Below the pieces are notes generated by a model. The model did no database searches and was not told where the DNA came from. It worked only from the letters and a program-made list of their open reading frames with translations. A stretch of DNA of 32,000 nt from Wallemia ichthyophaga EXF-994 (lineage: Eukaryota > Fungi > Basidiomycota): the NCBI RefSeq assembly GCF_000400465.1, contig NW_008806278.1, positions 382,592 through 414,591 on the forward strand, written 5' to 3'. Positions within the stretch are counted from its first letter, which is position 1, and each line of letters begins with the position of its first letter. Positions 1 to 9,841 of this stretch are shown piece after piece. The position numbers were made by a program, and so were the translations under genes.

Positions 1-915
1 ATTGAGTTCTCTACAACACCGCCCAAATTGTAATCGTTGAGTAATGAGCCATCAATCCCCATACTCAAATCGCTCACAAGCCAATCGTCGAACTGCTGCT
101 GCTGTGGTGCAGGGAGTAGCGCTTCGAATTCGATCGGTGAGGAGTATTGTGAGTAGTTTGGTGTTGGATATCCGTAGTATTGTGGGTGAAATTGATGTTG
201 CTGTTGATCTTGCTGTTGTTGTTTCTGTTGTTGTTGTTGTTGTTGTTGTTGCTGCTGTGTGATCACACCAGTGCTCTTTCGGCGACTGTGCTCCACCGCA
301 CTAACGCTCTTTGGAAGGTGTGTGCGGGTAAAAGCAGTCTTAGTATCTGCCTCTGAGTAAGATCTCTTCTTTCTCTCTGTGGAAGCACCACGCTGTAATT
401 GCTGCTGCTGTTGCTGTTGCTTCTTGGGCACTTTCTTGTGGATAAGCGAAGGGTGTGGCAGGTATCCTCTCCTAATATCTGGGTGGCTGTATACGAACAG
501 ATCACTAAAACTTCTGATTGGATTATTGGGGTTGCATGTACACTCTGATTCTGTCTTAAGCGAGTAGTTGGCTGCACTCCTCTGCCACGCGTCCCACCTA
601 TCGCTTGTTTGTCCGCTCTTGCTGTTTACTGGCTGGATATCTTTGAGATACTCGATGAATTGCGTCTGCAGATGTCAGTGCCTGTACACCTCCACAACCC
701 AGTTACCCACTCTGTTTATCACTATGCAGTTGCCTGAGCAGCAGAAATCAATCCCTGAGTGCTGTGTCTTGAGTGCACAATACAGTCTTGGTATCCATGT
801 ACGCTTCGCTGTGCTCTGATAGAAATAGAATTTAATTAGTATTATGCAGTGTGCGTGAATTAGTACCACTCACTAATCCAGTCGCTGGGTCAACTCTCAT
901 CCTTGATGCAGGCAT
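1..915 (-). CDS. Divergent HSF-type DNA-binding domain transcription factor with poly-Gln tracts (3' end outside window)
   Basis: ATG 915; introns 873-816 (GTGAGT..CAG) and 710-666 (GTGGGT..CTGAC..CAG). Spliced product WIPRLYCAL..IDFCCSGNCIVINRTQFIE..WDAWQRSAANYSLK..FVYSHPDIRRG..LIHKKV aligns by eye to the HSF winged-helix pattern (FLxKLW..IxWSxxGNSF..SFVRQLNMYGF..EFxHPxFxRG..IKRK). It is followed by polyQ and an acidic tail; the frame stays open to base 1. Confidence 0.75.
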
Positions 916-1472
916 TTTCTTGTTTTTCAATCTTGTAATTGTAAGTTGATTGCGTTTAAGAAACCATCAGTTCGATCAGCGGGCAGACCTTTTATGGAGC
1001 GCATCTAAAACATGGCAGAGTTGCCCAGATTCAGGGCACCGTTGAAAAATAGGGGTCTCACCTTCAACCCCGGCCGCTGCCCTAATTAACCTGGGCCGAT
1101 GAGTAAATTCTATTTGGCCTAGGGGCAGTTTTTATGCATGGATGAGCAGGGGTAAGGGGCCGTGGTGAGGTTGAGTGGTTTGAGCGCAAATTCCCCCCCA
1201 ATACAGCTAAAGCCCGCGAATTAATCTCCCGCCACTCTTAAATATTCAATAAAAGCTTATTCTCCACATGACTAACAACTCTAATTTAATAAACCTTATT
1301 CTTGTCTCTCCCTGCCGTGCATATCGCTTGCAAATTTTTCACGCCGCTTTTGGAAGGTGTACAAAACGCAAATAGAAGGTATTGAATGCATCAGAGGATG
1401 TGAAACGAGGTTATTTCAGTCGATCATTTCTTTTTCCGCTCTCTTTCCAAACACCCTCAAACGCACCCTCAA

Positions 1473-2601
1473 ATGAAAATATTCCCAACTTTGGTCGGCA
1501 TGCATGTCATCATAGGTGCTGTCGCCGGGGCATACCTTAACCATAAGGCTGCAACACCAACGTAAATCCATAGCCTTTTGCACAATTCGCTTACAACAAG
1601 TCACAGTGCACTCCCTCTCTCTGCTCACAGGGGACGTGCGAGCGTCGATCAGAGCTGCGATGCACACAAAGCGGAGCTCACGCAAGCAATGGATGAGGCA
1701 GAAGTGTTGCTATCGATTACAAAGTAGTAAGTAGAACAGAACGCAACTAGACGTATGTTTCAAATCTTAACTCGCATAGTCATCTAAGCGACGCCAATCT
1801 GCTGAAGCAATATTTCGGAAATTATGGCAATGCCACGCCGAATCCAGTGGAGACCATAAAGGTGGGTGGAAGGAGATACATACTACACTCATATACTAAA
1901 ATTATCTCCCATCCAGCAAATGAGCCTTTATGATGCAAGTTACGCGAGCAGCGGCCAACCGCGCGAGAGCTGCAGTGATCCGCGTAAGACACATCTTTAT
2001 TAAATTTAACTTCCGCTTACCATAGGTTTCACTCTCACGTGTAGTGTCATCTTGCGAGAAAGGGGTTATTGCATATTCGGCGAGTAAGTCTTGCCTGCGT
2101 CTGCGTCTTTCGTCCTCCGTCTCTCGGGCCCACTGATCTGATGAGGGTGAAGCGTCTGTGATAATGACTAATGTATATCACAGTGGATCAAAGCGTCGTA
2201 GCTTTCTGCGATAATTTTTGGAATTACGTTGGGTTAGATGAGGTGTGCAATACCGTCGAAGCAGATGAAGGGTGGGTGAAGGCGGGTATCATTGTGAGTG
2301 GACAACTCATCGCGCTACTTGGACTTACGTATGTTTTAGATTCACGAACTGTCCCATCAGATCGCTGATACTTCTGATATGTGGGTGGTTTTGCTATGTA
2401 TTTCCCCTTGTCTCAACTGACGATTCGTCTGGATACAGCTGCTATGGGATGAGTTGCGTGTTAGATTTGGCAGCCAATAACGCTTCAGCTGCTATTAACA
2501 ACGCTGATAATTACCACTTTTTTTCGTTGGCTGCGTATGCCCTCAACACTACAGGTGATGCTAATTGTACGGCTACTGAAATACCTCAGCAGGAAGCTTG
2601 A
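1473..2601 (+). CDS. Secreted M35 (aspzincin/deuterolysin-like) zinc metalloprotease, 8 exons
   Basis: Exons 1473-1561, 1631-1726, 1780-1861, 1917-1983, 2045-2083, 2184-2293, 2340-2380, 2439-2601; all introns GT-AG and phases consistent. Product: signal-like MKIFPTLVGMHVIIGAVAGA, YFG, CSDPLSSCEKGVIAY, FCDNFW, IIHELSHQIADTSDICYG, AINNADNYHFF (HExxH plus TxDxxYG plus NADN of M35). Confidence 0.88.
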
Positions 2602-2719
2602 GGTGGCATGAGGAGGAGTTTATAACTTTGATTGTTATTATATTTCAACTTTCGAAAAATCAATTGCACTGGATTTTTGTACCATAGGATTTATATGTAT
2701 TTCATTTCTAGATTAATAA

Positions 2720-2945
2720 ATGGCCTTTCCGAAGCTTAGCATATTCATTGGATATAACGCTATTCCAATTTACACACACATCAAATACACCAGTCTTCCA
2801 ATGTTTGTATGATGTAATCTACACAAGCGGCGGCCAAACGGCGCGAGGCTGCAAGGTTCCGCGTCTTGACACCCCTTAATTGAACTCTAGATCCGCTCAG
2901 CACTTGCAGATATTCTGCATGATCGGCCAGAGTTGCCCGCCCGCT
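2720..2945 (+). pseudogene. Decayed tandem relic of the M35 protease gene (exon 3-5 region)
   Basis: 2808-2862 is colinear with exon 4 (1929-1983), 38/55 nt identical ungapped (YDVIYTSGGQTARGCKVP vs YDASYASSGQPRESCSDP). The donor is mutated (GTCTTG vs GTAAGA), there is an upstream deletion, and similarity continues into the intron. Confidence 0.65.
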
Positions 2946-3017
2946 CCGTCTGGGGCGACGAAAGCTAATTTTGCTACGAAGCGTGGTTGCGTCATTGGGG
3001 TGACGTTTTAGTAAATG

Positions 3018-3156
3018 TTATCAGGATATATCTGCGAAAGCTATTCGAGGGCTATCTCAATTGAAGTATCTCAGTTTCTGGGATATCTGGAGTATCTGGA
3101 GTATCTGGAGTATCTTAGGTATCTCAACCATCTCAAGCAATCATCTACACAGATAA
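3018..3156. repeat. Degenerate 9-bp tandem repeat (GGAGTATCT) / cluster of GATA motifs
   Basis: TATCT at 3029, 3053, 3067, 3084, 3093, 3102, 3111, 3120 (last five 9 bp apart), plus TTATCA 3018 and AGATAA 3151. Confidence 0.7.
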
Positions 3157-3230
3157 AAGACCCTTAAGTTATGTTCCATTAGTCGTTTTCCTCCACACTC
3201 ACCACCACACCCACTTGCAACAACACGGCC

Positions 3231-4157
3231 ATGCTCTACGTAATTGGATTGGGATTGGCAGACGAGAAGGACATATCAGTAAATGGTTTGGAAGCAGTGA
3301 GGAAATCTGAGCGTGTCTATCTTGAAGCCTACACCTCTATACTTCTTGTGGATGTGCAAAAACTGCAGGATTTCTACGGCAGGGCTGTGACAATAGCTGA
3401 TAGGGACATGGTAGAGACGGAGTCCGAGGAGATTCTATCTCGTGCGAGTGAGGTCGACGTTTCATTCCTCGTTGTTGGCGATCCCTATGGGTGGGTTTAT
3501 GAGGGAGTGAGAAGCCTTGCGCAGCTAACGAACGCACCAAACAGCGCAACAACACACACTGATCTTCTCCTGCGGGCCAGAAATGCAGGTGTGCCTACAC
3601 GCGTGTTCCACAACGCAAGCATCATGAATGCGGCTGGCGCTTCTGGTCTGCAGCTCTACAACTTTGGCCAGACGATCAGTATTCCGTTCTTCACAGAAAC
3701 GTGGAAACCATCCAGTTTTGTCGAGCGCATTGCTGAGAACATGCGCATTGGCGCTCATACACTCCTACTACTCGATATTAAGGTAAAGGAGCAGTCGGTG
3801 GAGAATCTGGCAAGGGGAAGGAAGATATTCGAGCCTCCACGGTACATGAGTGTGAGTAGGGCGGTGGAGCAGCTCCTCACTCTCCTCGATGAGAAAGCTG
3901 AGGGATATAGCGAGGACGCTTACACACGCGAAACGCTCGCTGTTAGTCTTTCGAGAGTAGGCGCTGAACAGCAGGTCATCAAGGCGGGCACTCTGAGGGA
4001 ATTGGCGGAGGTGGATGAGGATGCGTTTGGTCCACCACTCCACTCTTTGATTTTGGTGGGTAAGAGACTGCATGATCTGGAGGCTGAGTTTGGAGAGGCT
4101 TTTGCTGTTGGAAATGGTTGGAAAGAGGGCTGTAAGAAGCTGGTGCAGCATGTGTAG
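3231..4157 (+). CDS. DPH5: Diphthine methyl ester synthase
   Basis: [21 protein letters not shown]|[56 protein letters not shown]. One in-frame 54-nt intron 3491-3544. Confidence 0.97.
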   Translation: MLYVIGLGLADEKDISVNGLEAVRKSERVYLEAYTSILLVDVQKLQDFYGRAVTIADRDMVETESEEILSRASEVDVSFLVVGDPYGWVYEGVRSLAQLTNAPNSATTHTDLLLRARNAGVPTRVFHNASIMNAAGASGLQLYNFGQTISIPFFTETWKPSSFVERIAENMRIGAHTLLLLDIKVKEQSVENLARGRKIFEPPRYMSVSRAVEQLLTLLDEKAEGYSEDAYTRETLAVSLSRVGAEQQVIKAGTLRELAEVDEDAFGPPLHSLILVGKRLHDLEAEFGEAFAVGNGWKEGCKKLVQHV

Positions 4158-4386
4158 ATGTATAGATATTTACTAAACGTATAAACTTTTATTACAAAAG
4201 AAATCCGTGCACCACTGTCTGATAAAGGTCACATAATATAAAAGTAATGCAGCGAGCTTCGCGTTTGTTGCAAATCTCAGATCTCACAGAGATATCAAGA
4301 CAGATGCAGCAATGGTCTTGATAATCCCATAAAACCACCAGCTCATAATTCTTCAACCATCCGCATATCGTTATCCTTTAAAACTG

Positions 4387-4440
4387 TGACGTAGACACAG
4401 ACTGAGCTACTATTGAATGACGTCATATGGAGTGCGTCAC
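4387..4440. promoter_or_regulatory. CRE/ATF-type bZIP sites upstream of LEA-like gene
   Basis: Perfect TGACGTCA at 4418-4425 flanked by TGACG half-sites at 4387 and 4435-4439 (reverse), 40-95 bp before ATG 4482. Confidence 0.5.
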
Positions 4441-4481
4441 ACTTGGATTAATCTGAGGTAACCATTTTAATACAAACAACC

Positions 4482-5028
4482 ATGTTCTCAAGATCAGCAT
4501 TAAGAGTAGCACGCACACAAACAGCTCGCAGATACAGCACAGCACCAAACGAAGGTGGCTCTGCTCTGCCTAAGTTGCTCCTCGCTGGTGCAGTTGCCGG
4601 CGGTGGATAGTAAGTGGGCCGCGTTAAACTCAAGCTCAACTAACAACACACACAGCTACTACTATACATCGCAAAACGGCGAAGAAGCCCAAATCGAAAA
4701 GGCTAAGAAGGAGGCAATGGATGCTGCAGACAAGAGCAAAAGCGCTGCAGGTGGATACGTCGACTCAGCCAAGAGCGCAGCTTCATCAGGTTACGACGAG
4801 GCTGTGAAGAAGGCAGAAGCAGCTTATACGGATGTTCGCAGTCGCGCCAATAGCTCAGCCAGCGATGTTAAAGCAGAAGCGGAGAATGCTTATGCTAAGG
4901 CGTTAGGCTCAGCTAGCTCACTCACTGGTGACGTTAAAGAAAAGCTTGATAAGAAGTATGCTACAGCTAGAAAGGATCAAGGTGTCGACAAAGGAAAGAG
5001 CTGGTGGGGATGGCTCACTGGAAAGTAA
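4482..5028 (+). CDS. Mitochondria-targeted, membrane-anchored LEA-like (Ala/Lys/Ser-rich helical repeat) protein
   Basis: ATG 4482, intron 4610-4655 (GTAAGT..ACTAAC..CAG). MFSRSALRVARTQTARRYST presequence-like (R-x-Y/S), hydrophobic LLLAGAVAGGGYYYY, A/K/S/D repeats, KSWWGWLTGK tail. Confidence 0.75.
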
Positions 5029-5068
5029 AAGTGTTTAGAAAATGTTGAAATTGAAGAAAACGATGCAT

Positions 5069-5434
5069 TTATTGATTTTGTAATTGACCATGCCTGTCTC
5101 TCTCCTTTGAGCCTTCTTTAATATCAAGTACGTCAGTCGAGCGATAATTTTGCTTATCAAACGTGTTAATAGATGAAATAACGAGTTTAAGATTATCTAG
5201 AAAAGCGTTTGTAGATGTTCGTAGAGTTCTGAGCGACACAGCTGAAAACGTTCTTGATTTTAGTGAGTTTTGATAGGATTTGAGTGGATTTGATACGTAC
5301 GTCACAAGCGTGGCTTGGTCAACACTAATAGAACGACTAACATATTCAGGTTTGAGTTCGTTATCAACGTCGAGTACATTCTTAACGATAAGTGGGTGAC
5401 TGCAGGGTGTACGTATGGTACTTATGGGGAGCAT
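5069..5434 (-). CDS. PCC1: KEOPS/EKC complex subunit Pcc1 (CTAG/Pcc1 family)
   Basis: LDVDNELKP..V.R.I..TLVTTFSAVSLRTLRTSTNAFLDNLKLV after removing a 48-nt intron 5300-5253 (GTACGT..CTAA..AAG). Confidence 0.85.
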   Translation of the reverse strand: MLPISTIRTPCSHPLIVKNVLDVDNELKPEYVSRSISVDQATLVTYVSNPLKSYQNSLKSRTFSAVSLRTLRTSTNAFLDNLKLVISSINTFDKQNYRSTDVLDIKEGSKERDRHGQLQNQ

Positions 5435-5527
5435 TAGATAAATCCATTAAAAAGAACAAAACACACATGTGATGCATTTTCAGTCAAGAATATACGTGAT
5501 GGACGTAACCCTTGTGCCAACACAACG

Positions 5528-8500
5528 ATGAGCTTATTCGGATTAGTTGATAAATTTAATAATGCCCTGGTTAATAGCAATCTCAGTGAAATAAACGTAA
5601 ATGGTGTTATTTCTACTGTAAAGGAAAATATAATTGAGCGTGTTGATGTCAAATCGCAGCTGCTAACTATTAAATCCCTTAATAAGGATTTTAATAGTCT
5701 GGTAGCTTCAAATTTACTAGTACCTCTCCTAGATCTTTTAAATTCCATTGAAAACAGCCAATTAGAGCTACTATTGGATACTCTTCTTTGTATATTCGAA
5801 TTGTCAACTAAATCAACAAAGCTGATCTTATCTAATGGTAAAATTGGTCTTTTGCTTGGAATCTTAACTTCAAACAGCTCATCCTACGCTAAACTCTACA
5901 CAATTCAAATACTAAACATCCTTCTAATCAACTTCAAGTCCCTCACTATCAACCAGCTCATTTCTCATAACGGCCTTTCTAACCTAATTCAACTCCTTGA
6001 CTATTCCAACTTTATCCGATCTGAGACAATCATAATTCTTCTCTACATCACTGATTTTAACTCTGAATTACAAAAGATTGCTGCTTTTGAAGGTATTTTT
6101 GATAAGCTCTTCAATATTATCCTCACTGAAGGCGCTATCGATGGTGGTATCCTCGTCCAAGACTGCCTACACTGTATTCAAAATTTGCTCAGATACAATT
6201 CCTCAAACATTTCCTTCTTTAGAGAAATGGGTTTTGTTAAAAACCTCAGTTACTCTCTCTCTTACTCTCCTGAAAACTTGGACAGCTTCTGCTTGCAGTA
6301 TTGGTCTGAACAGAAAGTTATAAACGCTGCTATCGTCATTGATATCGTACGTATCATCGCTGGTCTTGGTAATAGGCAGGGTAATTTGGTGCGTATTCTC
6401 CTTTTTTTTTCTTTGGAGAAACCCCCTCACACACAACAGGCAATTCTTCAATCAGGTCTTACACAATGTCTTATCGACCTCTCCCTCTCTTCCAACGCTC
6501 CAATCACCCTCAAAGCACAAACTTTGACTGCCCTAACTTCCATCTTCTCCACATCGCCTCAGAATCAGCATCTCTTTACACACTCCCAAACCCAACCTAT
6601 CCTCAACTCAGAAGCATACGCAGCCGGCTACCTAAAGCTCCCACCGCGTCTAGCCACAATCTCTCTCATAGATATAGCTTTAAATGGAGAATCAGGTGAC
6701 GAGAACAGGATGGTAGATGATGTTGACTCGCTCAAAGGCCACAATCTAATGCTCCAGGTGGCCGCACTCACTGCGTTCGAGAGCCTCATCACATCCAATG
6801 ACACGCTCAAGCTCGAGATCATAGCCAGTATGTCTCACTCCCACCACACACTCAACTACGATGGCTCGCTCACGCACACGGCCGGCTCACTCCTGCTCGA
6901 AGCCCTGTCCACCTTGCCTGATGGGGAGGGTGAGAGTGCTGGAGGTGCTTCCGACGGCGCCCTCATCTCTCAGAAAGTCTTCTTCGCCAGCCTCATCATG
7001 ACCCACATACTGCGCTACTCGGAAGATGCAAAGGCGATGGCACGCAATGTGCCCTTCACGGAGAGTGGCGAAACTAGCGAGAGCGGTGATGAAGAATCCA
7101 TCAGCCTCCTTCATGGCATCTTCGGCAATCTTACCGTCTGTGCACGTGAGCGAGCAGCTGCCGATGCGCGTGCGCGCGCCGCCGAGTTCTCTTCCATCAA
7201 CCGCGGCGAGGGAGGTGAGGATGAGAGAGAAGGTGAGCTGGGAGAGAAAGCGATGAAGAATCGCGACGAGAAAGAGGAAGAGGAACACGATAGCGTTGAC
7301 AGCGGCAACAACAACAATACCCACACCGACTGGACGCGACTTACCACTTCCTATCTGATCCTGCTCAGTGTGTGGGTATGGGAGTCGCCTCGCACGGTGA
7401 GCGACATACTGCGCGAATCGTCCAACCTCCAGCTCTTGATTCAGCCCATTAAGCACAGCGGGGTTGATGCGCTCATACAGGGACTGTGCGCTTTCACGCT
7501 CGCCGCTATATACAGATATAACACGGAGGCACACGCCGAAGTGACTAAGACAGATCTACACACTCTCATTCACAAGCAGGTTGGCGTCGATAACGTCATA
7601 CAGTCTCTCGCGCGTTTCAGAGCTGATAGACGGTTCGGACGCGTGAGCTCACCCGATGACTCACTCATGCTGGCTGAGAATCCTCACGATGAGGGGTGGT
7701 GGTTCGACTGGCATTATGTGGAGTTTTTCAAGGGTTCGTTCATGGCCGTGCAGAGGAGTGTGGTGAGGGAGGATGTGGAGGATGTGGAGGATGTGGGAGA
7801 AAATAAGGAAGTGCTCCCAAGCAGCCACCCACCTGCCCGCATAGATGCACATGTAGATGCAGATACGGATGCGGACGCCTCTGCGGAATACAAGAAGGCG
7901 TTGGAGGAGAAAGACGCACTCGTCGAGTCTCTCAGACAGCGCATCGAGGAGGTTAAAGTGCAGTACGCAAATTGTGAAATGGAAGCAGAACGAGTGGTGA
8001 GTTTGAGTTTTTGTATGGGTGTAGGAGTAGAAAAGCTAACACTGCCCAGAACAGCGAACTCGGCGATGCTAGGAGCAAGCTGCAGGTACTGTGGGAGCAG
8101 GGCTCGCCGGAGTCAGCAGCCCTCAGAACTGACCTCGCTGAGAGAGTTGAGCGCGAGGAGGTTGCGAGAAGAGAGGTGGAACGGCTAACGAAGGAGATTG
8201 AGAATATTAAGGAGAATGAGGCAGGAAATAGGGCAGAGTATGAAGCCAGCCTCAAAGCTGAATACGATTACAAGCTCAAAACATCTACCGACACCCTCAA
8301 TGACACCCTCACTGCTAAAACTTCCCAGGCTGACGAACTTGAAAGACAGCTTTCTGAGGCAAAAGCACAAAACGAATCTCTTAAGCATACACATACCTCA
8401 GAGATCCATGCTTTGACCAATAACAATACCACTCTCAATAACGAAAATAACACTCTGAAGTCACAGGCTGCAGATAATGAGAACTCACAAAAGGAGCTTG

Positions 8501-8607
8501 AAGATTTGTTGGTATTGCTCGAGGATATCACCTCGAAGCGTGCAATGGATAAAACAAAAATGAGACATGCTGGATGGGACGTCAGCGATGATGAGGAAGA
8601 TGAGTAG
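5528..8607 (+). CDS. USO1: Uso1/p115 ER-Golgi vesicle tether
   Basis: ARM-like head with IRSETIILL, ELQKIAAFEGIFDKLFNII, DGGILVQDCL..NLLRYNSSN, LIQGLCAFTLA; coiled coil; C-terminal QKELEDLLVLLED..DKTKMR..DVSDDEEDE. Introns 6389-6439 and 7997-8049. Confidence 0.95.
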
Positions 8608-9318
8608 GGCAAAATGTATCGATAATTGATTGATTTTATGTATTTTAAATATTTAAGCAAATTCTCAGCATAATAGCAATATTTGAACTTGGGAAGCCTA
8701 CTAACTTTTATGCTATCGATTGGCATCAGCAGTGTTTCAATCGATAAGAGAGTGTTATGGATGGCTAGGAGTGTCGAAATAAAAGAGGGAAAAATAAACA
8801 TTTGTAGTGAAGTGTATGTTCCACGAAGATATGACTTCCTGGAGAACATGTCCTACACTTCACTCGATTACAGCCAGCGGAGTCAAAGACTCGATGAAAG
8901 CAAGGTATCTTCACTGTGCTTGTCTAGTTAAATTAAAGAGGAGAAACGTTGATTCCTTTAAACCAGCTCAGATATAAAACAGTACGGTAATATTATTGAA
9001 GAGACTACGCAGAAATGTTAAGACTTCAAAAGCAGAAAGCCACGCTCATGAAGAAGAACGTGAACCTAAAGATTCTTTGATCAAACGCAGTAATCCAAAG
9101 CTTGATTGTTTGAATACAAACGCTTTCGACTTTATTCAAGCAGACTCAGAATAACGTCATCTATGATCAGAGTGATGGTATCACATGGATGAATAGCTCA
9201 AATGGCTCGAATTCGATTTGTATTGGTAATTGATCAAGATACTTGGGATGGTTTTAATATGCTTCAATTTCTTTGATTCTCTACACACGCACTCTCTGTC
9301 ACACATCCATCAATTATA

Positions 9319-9786
9319 ATGTCGAAACCCTCAATTCTTCTAGCTCTCGGCACTGGCTTTGCTGGTATCACCACAGGATTTACAGCATCCTGGCCATTAA
9401 TATGGTACTCGCCTTTGTCCAATGCAAGCAACTCCAACACAGTGAAATTACTACACCATTCCTATAAGAATGCTGTCAAGACGATTCCACCGCTAGTACT
9501 CACAGCTACTGCTTGCTTCTCTGTGTCTGCGTATCTATCTAACCGCGCTGTCTTGTCAGCCCCAGCCATTCTCATCTTCTCTCTCTTCCCTTACACACGC
9601 ATCTTCGTCTTGCCCGTGAACAAGAAGCTCTTCAAGAAGACAAATGAGCCTGAAGGCGTCGTGGACCGAGACAACACCGTCAACGCTTTGCTGTATAAAT
9701 GGATGCTCATTCACTGCGGAAGAATCGCGCTTGCTGCAGCCAGTACAACTCTTGGCTTCGTGCAACTCTTGCAACTTATCAAGTAA
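9319..9786 (+). CDS. DUF1772 / anthrone-oxygenase-like membrane protein
   Basis: 155 aa with 3-4 hydrophobic helices; PYTRIFVLPVNKKL and LLYKWMLIHCGRIAL match the family pattern PxT..P.N..L / W...H..R. Confidence 0.7.
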   Translation: MSKPSILLALGTGFAGITTGFTASWPLIWYSPLSNASNSNTVKLLHHSYKNAVKTIPPLVLTATACFSVSAYLSNRAVLSAPAILIFSLFPYTRIFVLPVNKKLFKKTNEPEGVVDRDNTVNALLYKWMLIHCGRIALAAASTTLGFVQLLQLIK

Positions 9787-9841
9787 TCAATACATGTATA
9801 CAAAGCACATTGTATACATAGCACATTGTACACATAACACT

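Noticed and set aside
225-260. (GTT)n array as a standalone or telomere-like repeat
   Set aside because: It is the poly-Gln coding tract (CAA/CAG) of the minus-strand HSF-like gene.
961-1215. Partial matches to known RNAs (AAACCAT of snR30, GACCTTTTAT near U5 loop, CCCAATAC of U4, GCTGTATTGG of fungal SRP Alu, CCCTAA telomerase template)
   Set aside because: Each is a short isolated match; required partner motifs are missing or in the wrong order.
2084-2183. Longest intron (100 nt) contains CTGATGAG..GAAG, resembling a hammerhead core or C/D snoRNA boxes
   Set aside because: No stem II, no GAAA and no flanking stems; box order does not fit a C/D snoRNA.
3491-6439. Stop-free introns of 3n length in DPH5 (54), PCC1 (48) and USO1 (51)
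   Set aside because: About a third of introns are 3n by chance and short ones often lack stops; other 3n introns here do contain stops. No evidence of regulated retention.
8615-8750. Three ATCGAT palindromes with an 8-bp inverted repeat
   Set aside because: Short, AT-rich context, compatible with chance.
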